From Acaryochloris thomasi RCC1774 (lineage in GTDB: Bacteria; Cyanobacteriota; Cyanobacteriia; Thermosynechococcales; Thermosynechococcaceae), in assembly GCF_003231495.1 (NCBI RefSeq), contig NZ_PQWO01000011.1:150001-182000 (forward strand): a DNA stretch of 32,000 nt. Direction: 5' to 3'. A program made the translations under genes and the position numbers. Shown piece by piece: positions 8,967 to 16,430 of this stretch; positions within the stretch are counted from its first letter, which is position 1; each line of letters starts with the position of its first letter. Under the pieces are notes generated by a model that was not told where the DNA came from, did no database searches, and saw only the letters and a list, made by a program, of their open reading frames with translations.

Positions 8967-10103
8967 ATGCTGTTGGAAGATATGATGCCTTTGCAACAAC
9001 ATCGCCTTTACTTCATGGCTATTGTTTGCCTAAGTGTGACGGTGGTGGGTCAACCTGCCCAGGGCATGGGTGATCTCAATTCGGCCATTGTTTTCCCTGA
9101 GACTGCAAAGCTTTTGGGGCAGACACAGCCCGCGAAAAAAGCAGCACAGTTGTCAAAGACGGTCCGGCCTGCACCACTCTCAAGGCAGGTAGTGGAACAA
9201 ATTAATCAGTTGATGTTGCGAGGGGTCGAACAACATCGGCAAGCGGACTATGCCAATGCGCTCAAGACCTACAGTGAAGTTCTACAGCTTGATAAAGACT
9301 ACACCCCTGCCTACCTGCGTCGAGGATCGGCCAAGTGGGCGGCAGGAGATCACCTAGGTGCTGTTGAAGATTACAGTCAAGTCATTGAGCATGATGCCAA
9401 GAATGGAGTGGCCTACCGCAATCGGGGCGCTGTCTATACCGTTATAGGGAAATCATCTGAGGCTCTCCGGGACTATAATCAAGCGCTGGAGATTGATCCA
9501 AAAGATGCAGCTACTTTTCTCAAACGTGGGCAACTGCATTCGAAGCTCGAACAGCCGGAGGCCGCGATTCAAGACTACACTCAGGCAATTGCCCTACAGC
9601 CAGATTCAGAGCTAGCATTTCTTAATCGTGCGATTGCACAGACAATGCTGCAAAAAGATGACGCGGCTCTGCTGGACTATGGTCGCGCTATCCAGCTTGA
9701 TCCCAAATACGCAGCGGCCTACCACAACCGAGGGATGCTGCACCATCGCCACAATAAGTTTCAGAAAGCCCTGGATGATTTAAGTCAAACCATTCGTCTC
9801 GATCCTCAATCTACGACGGCCTATCAAAGTCGGGGACGTATTTACCTGAGCCTGCGGCAAGACCAAGCGGCTCTAAAAGATTTCAGTCAGGTGATTGCTC
9901 TTAATCCTAAAAGTGCTGCGGCTTATTTCGGCCGGGGATTTGTCTACAGTACCCTCGATAATTCATTAACAAATCGACAGGCCGCAATTGCAGACTATAC
10001 GGAGGCGCTGACGCTCGATCCCAAATACGTCAATGCCTATATCAGCCGGGGAGCGGTCGGTGGCCTATCAGCAGGCTCTTATCGACTATTCACAGGCCAT
10101 TGA
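8967..10103 (+). CDS. Secreted TPR repeat protein (about 9-10 units), reading frame broken near 10050-10075
   Basis: Repeated AYxxRG...A(L)xDYxxAIxLDP units. The likely start is at 8967 or 8985 (MMPLQQHRLYFMAIVCLSVTVVGQPAQG, a signal peptide). The ORF track begins at an upstream TTG at 8922. The frame ends in non-TPR sequence (GAVGGLSAGSYRLFTGH*). Confidence 0.8.
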   Translation: MLLEDMMPLQQHRLYFMAIVCLSVTVVGQPAQGMGDLNSAIVFPETAKLLGQTQPAKKAAQLSKTVRPAPLSRQVVEQINQLMLRGVEQHRQADYANALKTYSEVLQLDKDYTPAYLRRGSAKWAAGDHLGAVEDYSQVIEHDAKNGVAYRNRGAVYTVIGKSSEALRDYNQALEIDPKDAATFLKRGQLHSKLEQPEAAIQDYTQAIALQPDSELAFLNRAIAQTMLQKDDAALLDYGRAIQLDPKYAAAYHNRGMLHHRHNKFQKALDDLSQTIRLDPQSTTAYQSRGRIYLSLRQDQAALKDFSQVIALNPKSAAAYFGRGFVYSTLDNSLTNRQAAIADYTEALTLDPKYVNAYISRGAVGGLSAGSYRLFTGH

Positions 10104-10389
10104 GATCGATCCGAGCAGTGTGGTGGCCTACCACAACCGTGCCCGGATACAGGCAACGCTTCGTAGACGCCAGGCGGCCCTTGATGACTATCAACAGGCG
10201 GCGATTCTCTATCAAAAGCAGGGCCAGACTGAAGAATATAGCGAGATGATTCGCCAAATTCGCTGGTTGAGACAGTCTCTCGGCAATAAACCTGAACCGA
10301 AGCTTCAAGAGTCAGATTCCCCCAAACCCTCTCCTGAAGATCCTCTTCAGCCGTTGGTGTCGCCCGTGGAATCACCGGATGTCCTTTAG
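10033..10389 (+). CDS. C-terminal continuation of the TPR protein in a different frame (fragment)
   Basis: This frame reads SVAYQQALIDYSQAIEIDPSSVVAYHNRARIQATLRRRQAALDDYQQA..., which continues the TPR register of the upstream ORF. Confidence 0.6.
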   Translation: MPISAGERSVAYQQALIDYSQAIEIDPSSVVAYHNRARIQATLRRRQAALDDYQQAAILYQKQGQTEEYSEMIRQIRWLRQSLGNKPEPKLQESDSPKPSPEDPLQPLVSPVESPDVL

Positions 10390-10734
10390 CCGCTTCTGAT
10401 TCAGCATGAATAATGAAGCCGCGTCCCAGAATTGAGTTTTTCTCGCCATTGATCGTGAGATTATCAATGGTTATTTCATCTTCCACAATGCCTTTGCTAT
10501 CTGCCTTGAGATTACCGAGGTTTTCGGCATGGCGCTGTGGTTCAGGTGGAAGCGTATGGGAATGCTAGGCAGGGTTGTAATGTCTGCTGGTCGCTTTTCC
10601 GTCAGCACCAGAGATATTGCCATATTCGTGGATATGCCAGGCGTGTACTGAGTCAGGCTTGAGTCCCTGAATGCTTCTGAAACAACTGGGGAGCAGCCGG
10701 TTATGGTTGAGATCTCAACTATAACCGGCTCCAA
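10347..10734 (-). pseudogene. Decayed Cu/Zn superoxide dismutase (SodC-like) relic: 5'-truncated, frameshifted, with an in-frame TAG
   Basis: One minus-strand frame reads FRSIQGLKPDSVHAWHIHEYGNISGADGKATSRHYNPA*HSHTLPPEPQRHAENLGNLKADSKGIVEDEITIDNLTINGEKNSILGRGFIIHAE. This matches the Cu/Zn-SOD pattern GLxPGxHGFHIHExG...HFNP...RHxGDLGN...GRxxVIHA. The stop is TAG at 10565-10567. The N-terminal strand (EPVIVEISTITG) is in another frame, and there is no signal peptide or start codon. Confidence 0.5.
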
Positions 10735-10833
10735 GACGCTGCGTTCATAAAACTCTGGCAGGAGATAAACAATAATTCTCTTAGGATACTGGGGATTTTG
10801 TACAATGCCTGTCAGTGCAGCAGAAATAATCCT

Positions 10834-11463
10834 ATGGCCTTAACTGACTTTCAGGTTTGCGATCGCGATCTTAGCGATCACTTTCTCCAGGACTATCTTC
10901 AGACCGACCAGCTTGCTGTTGATACCGAGACTATGGGCCTCCGTCCCCATCGAGACCGACTGTGCCTCGTGCAGATCTGTAATGCTGCCGGTCAAATTAC
11001 CGTCATCCGCATTGAGCGTGGTCAAGGAGAGGCCCCGAACCTGAAGCAACTGTTGGAAGCCCCCAGCGTCGAAAAAATCTTTCACTTCGCCCGCTTTGAT
11101 ATTGCCACCCTGCAGCATCACCTAGAGATTGTCACCGCCCCCATTTTTTGCACCAAGATTGCTAGCAAACTCGCCCGCACCTACAGCCCTCGCCACGGCC
11201 TCAAAGCACTGGTCCAGGAATTAGAGGGCATTGAACTTGATAAGAGTGCCCAAAGCTCAGATTGGGGCAACGCTGCTAATCTCTCTGAAGAGCAGCTCCG
11301 CTATGCCGCCAATGACGTTCGCTATCTCATTCCAATGCGGGCCAAGCTGATTGAAATGCTGCAGCGAGAAGAACGTTGGACGCTGGCCCAAGCCTGCCTT
11401 CATTGCTTGCCCACCTTTGTAATGCTAGACCTCATGAACTTTGACTCAGTGTTTGAACACTAA
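10834..11463 (+). CDS. 3'-5' exonuclease, RNase D-like (DEDDy family)
   Basis: Exo motifs AVDTETMGL, FHFARFDIATL and YAANDVRYL. The ORF track starts at an upstream TTG (10798). The ATG at 10834 (MALTDFQV...) is more plausible. Confidence 0.8.
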   Translation: MALTDFQVCDRDLSDHFLQDYLQTDQLAVDTETMGLRPHRDRLCLVQICNAAGQITVIRIERGQGEAPNLKQLLEAPSVEKIFHFARFDIATLQHHLEIVTAPIFCTKIASKLARTYSPRHGLKALVQELEGIELDKSAQSSDWGNAANLSEEQLRYAANDVRYLIPMRAKLIEMLQREERWTLAQACLHCLPTFVMLDLMNFDSVFEH

Positions 11464-11574
11464 AGACAGATATTCAAAGTCCTCCGTGGGATTAGGGGGC
11501 TGATGCATTTATACATGGATGTCTATACATAGATGTTCCAACCGTTTTACCCCTGCCCTTTCTGATCGCGCCCT

Positions 11575-12693
11575 GTGTATCTTCAGCATCTTCAGCTCCA
11601 TCAGTTCCGAAACTATGCGGGACAGTCCGTTGAATTTGCAGCCCCCAAAACCATTTTGGTGGGGGCCAACGCCCAGGGTAAATCTAATCTGCTAGAGGCA
11701 GTAGAGCTGCTTTCGACCCTCAAGTCCCATCGCACCAGTCGCGATCGCGATCTCGTGCAAGAAGGTAGTGCTGCCGCACAAATTACGGCCGCCCTCCAGC
11801 GCGACAGTGGTCCCTTAGATTTGACCTTGACCCTGAGAGCCAACGGTCGTCGTACCCTATCGGTCAATAGCGAAACCGTCCGCCGCCATCTAGACTTTCT
11901 TGGTCACATCAACATGGTGCAGTTTTCGAGTCTAGATCTAGACCTCGTGCGCGGCGGCCCCGGAACCCGCCGGAACTGGCTCGATACTGTTCTGATACAG
12001 CTAGAACCCGTCTATGCCTATCTTTGGCAGCAGTACCAACAGGTGCTGAAGCAGCGCAATGCCTTCCTCAAGCAGCGGCGAGCCCACCCCGAACGGCCCC
12101 CCGATGCCGCTCAGCTTCCGCTCTGGGACCAGCAGCTTGCCTCGATGGGCGCCCGCGTGATTCAACGCCGCTACCGGATGCTCAAGCGCCTCGCTCCCCT
12201 TGCCCAAAAGTGGCACCACACCATCAGTGGTCAGCAGGAGCAGTTAGTCCTGGCCTATGCTCCCAACATCACCCACGACCCCGAGCAGCCCGATCACCTC
12301 TACGGTGAATTTTTGGCGCAGATTGAAGCCCGAGCCGGGGCCGAATATCACCAAGGCATTACACTCACCGGTCCCCACCGGGACGAAGTAGACTTGCTCA
12401 TCAATGAAACCCCCGCTCGCCAATACGGATCCCAAGGCCAACAGCGCACCCTTGTCCTAGCGCTGAAGCTGGCTGAGCTGCAGCTGATCGAAGAAATTAT
12501 TGGTGAGCCACCTCTACTGCTGCTGGACGATGTGTTGGCTGAGCTTGATCTAAACCGTCAGAATCAGCTACTTGCGGCGATTCAAGAACGTTTTCAAACT
12601 CTCATTACCACTACCCATCTCGGTGCCTTTGAAGCTAAATGGCTTGACTCTGCTCAAGTCCTTACCGTTGAGAAAGGACAAATTCAGCTCTAA
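11575..12693 (+). CDS. recF: DNA replication and repair protein RecF
   Basis: N-terminus MYLQHLQLHQFRNY with Walker A GANAQGKSNLLEA. It also has the signature SQGQQRTLVLALKLAE and Walker B LLLLDDVLAELD. GTG start. Confidence 0.92.
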   Translation: MYLQHLQLHQFRNYAGQSVEFAAPKTILVGANAQGKSNLLEAVELLSTLKSHRTSRDRDLVQEGSAAAQITAALQRDSGPLDLTLTLRANGRRTLSVNSETVRRHLDFLGHINMVQFSSLDLDLVRGGPGTRRNWLDTVLIQLEPVYAYLWQQYQQVLKQRNAFLKQRRAHPERPPDAAQLPLWDQQLASMGARVIQRRYRMLKRLAPLAQKWHHTISGQQEQLVLAYAPNITHDPEQPDHLYGEFLAQIEARAGAEYHQGITLTGPHRDEVDLLINETPARQYGSQGQQRTLVLALKLAELQLIEEIIGEPPLLLLDDVLAELDLNRQNQLLAAIQERFQTLITTTHLGAFEAKWLDSAQVLTVEKGQIQL

Positions 12694-13004
12694 ATTTGCT
12701 CGTCCAGTAAACCGACGGCCATTGCACTGAGGCAGAAAGCGAATACCAGCGGCATGGGCGATTGCTGCAGCCAGCTACAAACAGCTGCAATTACAGACGT
12801 CGATAAAATCAAGCTATAGAAAGACCTTGTAGTCCGAGAGTGGCTGCCTTGAAAGTCTTTAAAGACGTCAGTCGGCACCGGTAGTGGCATCACGGCTCCC
12901 GGCGGAAAAGCCCAGTATCGGCAGTGATCGACGAACAGATCGGTCCAGCCATGTTCTTGGCACCAGCCCACCACATAACCAGTCAGAGATTGGGGCATAT
13001 GCAT
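12690..13004 (-). CDS. Hypothetical small membrane protein
   Basis: A 104-aa ORF with a hydrophobic C-terminal half. I do not recognise a family. It is convergent with recF and overlaps its stop by 4 nt. Confidence 0.4.
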   Translation of the reverse strand: MHMPQSLTGYVVGWCQEHGWTDLFVDHCRYWAFPPGAVMPLPVPTDVFKDFQGSHSRTTRSFYSLILSTSVIAAVCSWLQQSPMPLVFAFCLSAMAVGLLDEQI

Positions 13005-13356
13005 TTTATGTGTCTTTCACTCGCGCAGACGTGTAATGTTTTTCGAAGCTAACAAAAGACAGAGAGGAATTTTTCGTTGTCATATAAAACTTAATTCCCC
13101 CCGACTGGTAAATCTTTATTCTGAGACCCATAAGTGATAGATATGAATCCCCCCCTTTCATAAGCAATCCGTAGGTCTTAGGCTTTTTTTGATTACAAAT
13201 CCCTTTGGTAGAGACGGCATCACAGCTTTATAAAGCTTAATTTTTCTCGTAGTATCAAGAAGGTGCCTTTAATTGACCTAGCCATATTTTGCTGATTAAT
13301 GTTGCTAGGGCGATCATCGGCCGCCCGCTGTTTTCATGTAATGAGAGGTTTACCGA

Positions 13357-13656
13357 ATGGCATCTTATAAAGTCACGCTAGTTAATGAGGCTGAAGGCCT
13401 TAACCAAACGATTGAGTGCCCAGATGACGAATATATTCTTGACGCTGCCGAAGAAGCAGGCGTAGATCTGCCTTTCTCTTGCCGTGCGGGTGCATGTTCG
13501 ACCTGTGCTGGTAAGGTGACAGCTGGAGAAATCGATCAGTCAGAGCAATCTTTCTTGGATGAAGATCAAACGGGTGCTGGCTATGTCCTCACCTGCATTG
13601 CATATCCCAAGTCTGACTGCACCATCGAAACGGGCAAAGAAGAAGAACTCTACTAG
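13357..13656 (+). CDS. petF: Plant-type [2Fe-2S] ferredoxin
   Basis: [14 protein letters not shown]...[12 protein letters not shown]...LTC has the canonical Cys-x4-Cys-x2-Cys...Cys ligands. The 99-aa length is typical. GAGAGG lies 7 nt upstream of the ATG. Confidence 0.92.
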   Translation: MASYKVTLVNEAEGLNQTIECPDDEYILDAAEEAGVDLPFSCRAGACSTCAGKVTAGEIDQSEQSFLDEDQTGAGYVLTCIAYPKSDCTIETGKEEELY

Positions 13657-13682
13657 TCGTCTCTGACCGTTTGAGTTCATTC

Positions 13683-13738
13683 GTTGCTAACGGAGGTAGA
13701 GCATGGCGCAGGTCATCTATTCAACCTCCATTAGCAAC
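13683..13738 (+). other. Long stem-loop in the spacer between the two ferredoxin genes (possible 3'-end or processing element of petF)
   Basis: GTTGCTAACGGAGGT (13683-13697) pairs with ACCTCCATTAGCAAC (13724-13738). That is 15 positions with one C-A mismatch and a 26-nt loop. No clean U-run follows. Confidence 0.4.
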
Positions 13739-13907
13739 CCCTCAGCATTTATTTCAGGAATTGAGTAAACCCATTGCCCTAAAGTCTTCAAGGTGCTGGC
13801 CGCGATACAGACTAAGCCAGAGCTTCTAAAGCACTTTTTGGGGGTATGGTGGGCGCCCGTTGGGCCTTAGCTTTTCGATTAGTACAGGCATTTAAAAGGA
13901 TTGAGCT

Positions 13908-14210
13908 ATGGCAACGTATAAGGTCACTCTGGTTAATGAAGCTAAAGGAATCGATCAGACCCTTGACTGCCCAGACGATGTTTATATTATTGATGCTGCT
14001 GAAGAGCAGGGGCTAGAGCTGCCTGCATCTTGTCGAGCGGGTGCTTGTTCATCCTGCACTGGTAAGTTAATTTCGGGCTCTGTCGATCAGTCGGATCAGT
14101 CCTTCTTAGATGACGACCAGTTAGAGAATGGTTTCGTGTTGACCTGTGTGGCTTATCCTGCCTCTGACTGCACCATTGAGACCCATAAAGAGGATGACTT
14201 ATTTCCTTAA
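13908..14210 (+). CDS. Plant-type [2Fe-2S] ferredoxin, tandem paralogue
   Basis: [14 protein letters not shown]...[12 protein letters not shown]...LTC. By my hand alignment 68 of 99 positions are identical to the upstream ferredoxin. Confidence 0.9.
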   Translation: MATYKVTLVNEAKGIDQTLDCPDDVYIIDAAEEQGLELPASCRAGACSSCTGKLISGSVDQSDQSFLDDDQLENGFVLTCVAYPASDCTIETHKEDDLFP

Positions 14211-14370
14211 GTGCCAGCTTTGTTCTTTGCTGACTACGGTATTGCTTTTGAGTAAAGCAGGGGCGTTTTACCACGCTTCTACTTTGCTGTGGATAGAATG
14301 AGGACCATGAGACTTAGCACAACGAGTCTTGCCCAACGATAGCGATTGCTCTCTGAATAATGGTTGCTTC

Positions 14371-15360
14371 ATGAATTCTGTTGACTACCTGCGCCTTAGT
14401 CTGATTGATCGGTGTAATTTCCGGTGCCAGTACTGTATGCCAGAGGAAACAGCCGTCCAGTTTTTGCAGCGGTCAGAGCTACTACAGGCTCAAGAGCTGC
14501 TTTCGCTGCTCAAACAGGTCTTTATTCCGGTGGGTTTCTCGCGCTTCCGGTTGACGGGGGGTGAACCCCTGCTGCGCCCTGATCTGGTGGAGATAGTGGG
14601 CGAGATTGCGGCACTGCCTCAGGTTAAAGATCTATCGATGACCACTAATGGTTTTTTGCTTGCAGATCGAGCGGCGGCGCTTTATGAGGCGGGCCTCCGC
14701 CGGTTGAACATCAGCTTAGATTCCTTGAATGCTGAAACCTTTGGGGCGATTGTTGGCGATCGGACGCAGCGGCGCTGGCAGCAGGTCTGGGCTGGTATTC
14801 AGGCGGCCTATGAGGTGGGCTTTAACCCTCTTAAGCTGAATGTTGTAGTTATCCCTGGGGTAAATGAGGCGGAGATTCTAGATTTGGCCGCTCTCAGTAT
14901 TGATCGTCAGTGGCATATCCGGTTTATTGAGTTTATGCCCATTGGTAATGCGGAGCTATTTGGGGCCCGGGGCTGGGTACCGTCGGAGGAGATTCGCCAG
15001 CAAATCCGCAGTCGATGGGGGCTGGAGCCAGGTCATGTCAAGGGGAATGGTCCTGCAGATGTCTTTCAAATTCCCGGCGCACTGGGAACGCTGGGGTTTA
15101 TTAGCCAAATGTCGGAATGTTTTTGCGATCGCTGCAATCGAATGCGCCTCTCTGCTGATGGCTGGCTGCGTCCTTGCCTGCTCAATGAAACGGGCCAGCT
15201 CAACCTGAAAACATTGCTACGGGCGGGGGAAGAGATGGGGGTTCTGCGAGATCGCGTCCGAGAGCTGCTGCTACTAAAGCCAGAGATCAATTACAAAGAG
15301 CGCGAGTCGGGGACAAGCAGCGCTGTCTATGGTCGCACCATGTCTCAGATTGGAGGTTGA
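14371..15360 (+). CDS. moaA: GTP 3',8-cyclase MoaA (radical SAM, molybdenum cofactor biosynthesis)
   Basis: [19 protein letters not shown] (CxxxCxxC radical-SAM cluster), [11 protein letters not shown], and the C-terminal auxiliary cluster CxxCNRxRLSADG. The ORF track begins at a TTG at 14329. The ATG at 14371 fits MoaA N-termini. Confidence 0.9.
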   Translation: MNSVDYLRLSLIDRCNFRCQYCMPEETAVQFLQRSELLQAQELLSLLKQVFIPVGFSRFRLTGGEPLLRPDLVEIVGEIAALPQVKDLSMTTNGFLLADRAAALYEAGLRRLNISLDSLNAETFGAIVGDRTQRRWQQVWAGIQAAYEVGFNPLKLNVVVIPGVNEAEILDLAALSIDRQWHIRFIEFMPIGNAELFGARGWVPSEEIRQQIRSRWGLEPGHVKGNGPADVFQIPGALGTLGFISQMSECFCDRCNRMRLSADGWLRPCLLNETGQLNLKTLLRAGEEMGVLRDRVRELLLLKPEINYKERESGTSSAVYGRTMSQIGG

Positions 15361-15409
15361 TACGGGATTGGCAGTCGCGAAACATTCGTAACAACTCCTC
15401 CTAGCAAAG

Positions 15410-15460
15410 ATCCTAGCTTCAATGTCAGTATTTAGCGATTTCTGACATCAAGACTAGGAT
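15410..15460. terminator. Bipartite hairpin between convergent moaA and the DUF1428 gene (candidate bidirectional terminator)
   Basis: Outer stem: ATCCTAG (15410-15416) pairs with CTAGGAT (15454-15460). Inner stem: ATGTCAG (15422-15428) pairs with CTGACAT (15442-15448). There is a 5x5 internal loop and A/T-rich flanks. Confidence 0.5.
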
Positions 15461-15465
15461 TTAAT

Positions 15466-15816
15466 TTAGAGATCGACAATCGTTTCAAAGCCACCAAAGA
15501 TCATGCGTTTGCCATCAAAGGGCATCTCTTTCATATTTTGCATACGCGGATCAGCCATCGCCTTTTTATTACCTTTATCTCGTTCGGCACGAGAAGGCCA
15601 GACAAGCCAAGAAAAGACGACGGTTTCATCCCCGCCACATTTGACCGCCAACGGGAATGACGTTAGCTCTCCATCGGGAACATCATCTCCCCAACATTCA
15701 ACGACTTTTAAGGCACCATATTTTCTGAAGATCGCACAAGCGTCTTCAGCAAACTTCTGATAGCTCTCGCGGCTTGCCGTGGGGACTGCCAGAACAAATC
15801 CATCTACATAAGCCAT
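15466..15816 (-). CDS. DUF1428 domain-containing protein
   Basis: MAYVDGFVLAVP...MIFGGFETIV is the DUF1428 pattern. The ORF track starts 7 codons further upstream (15837). Confidence 0.8.
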   Translation of the reverse strand: MAYVDGFVLAVPTASRESYQKFAEDACAIFRKYGALKVVECWGDDVPDGELTSFPLAVKCGGDETVVFSWLVWPSRAERDKGNKKAMADPRMQNMKEMPFDGKRMIFGGFETIVDL

Positions 15817-15869
15817 AAGGGTCTCCTTCTTACTCAAATCAGCGATATTGCAAGTCTGTCAGCCCTTCA

Positions 15870-16316
15870 TTAAGAGGCCATTGCAGCCATGTGTTTCTCA
15901 ACTTCCTCCATAGGGATTTCTTTCACTTGGGTTGAGAAGGTCCAGCTATATCCGAAGGGATCACTGACGACAGCAGTGCGATCTCCCCAGAACATATCCT
16001 CGGGTTCAGAAACGCTGGTCATTCCACCATCAACTGCATGGTCATAGGATTTATCTACATCGGGCACATACAGATAGAAAGCAACAGATGTATTGCCCTC
16101 TGGTGCTTTTCGGGGTGAACCCTCAAACTCATCATTCATAAAGATCTTGGAGTCCCCAATAGAAGCAGAAGCGTGTATCACGCAACCTTGGGGCGATTCG
16201 AGCACACCATCAACTATCAGATTAAGGGTGCGCTTATAAAACTCGATAGCAGCCTTCGTATCCTTATAGGTGGCATTGGCCGTCAGCGCATGAAATCCCT
16301 CTGGTTTGTAATTCAT
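15870..16316 (-). CDS. VOC family protein (glyoxalase/bleomycin-resistance fold, PhnB-like)
   Basis: The size (148 aa) and the motifs AIEFYKRTL...HASASIGDSKIFMNDEF...MFWGDRTAVVSDPFGYSWTF are typical of PhnB-like VOC proteins. Confidence 0.8.
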   Translation of the reverse strand: MNYKPEGFHALTANATYKDTKAAIEFYKRTLNLIVDGVLESPQGCVIHASASIGDSKIFMNDEFEGSPRKAPEGNTSVAFYLYVPDVDKSYDHAVDGGMTSVSEPEDMFWGDRTAVVSDPFGYSWTFSTQVKEIPMEEVEKHMAAMAS

Positions 16317-16430
16317 AGCCCATTACCTCTTAAATAGTATTTATGTACTATATTCTAGCAGGCCATCTTCTGCTGGCAGTGTGCTCTAAATCACATGGTT
16401 TGTAACCAAAGGCAAAGACCGAACTGAACA

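Noticed and set aside
10079-10486. 135-aa minus-strand ORF considered as a real gene
   Set aside because: Its first 35 residues or so are the C-terminal part of the SOD relic. The rest is antisense read-through of the TPR gene tail, so it is not an independent gene.
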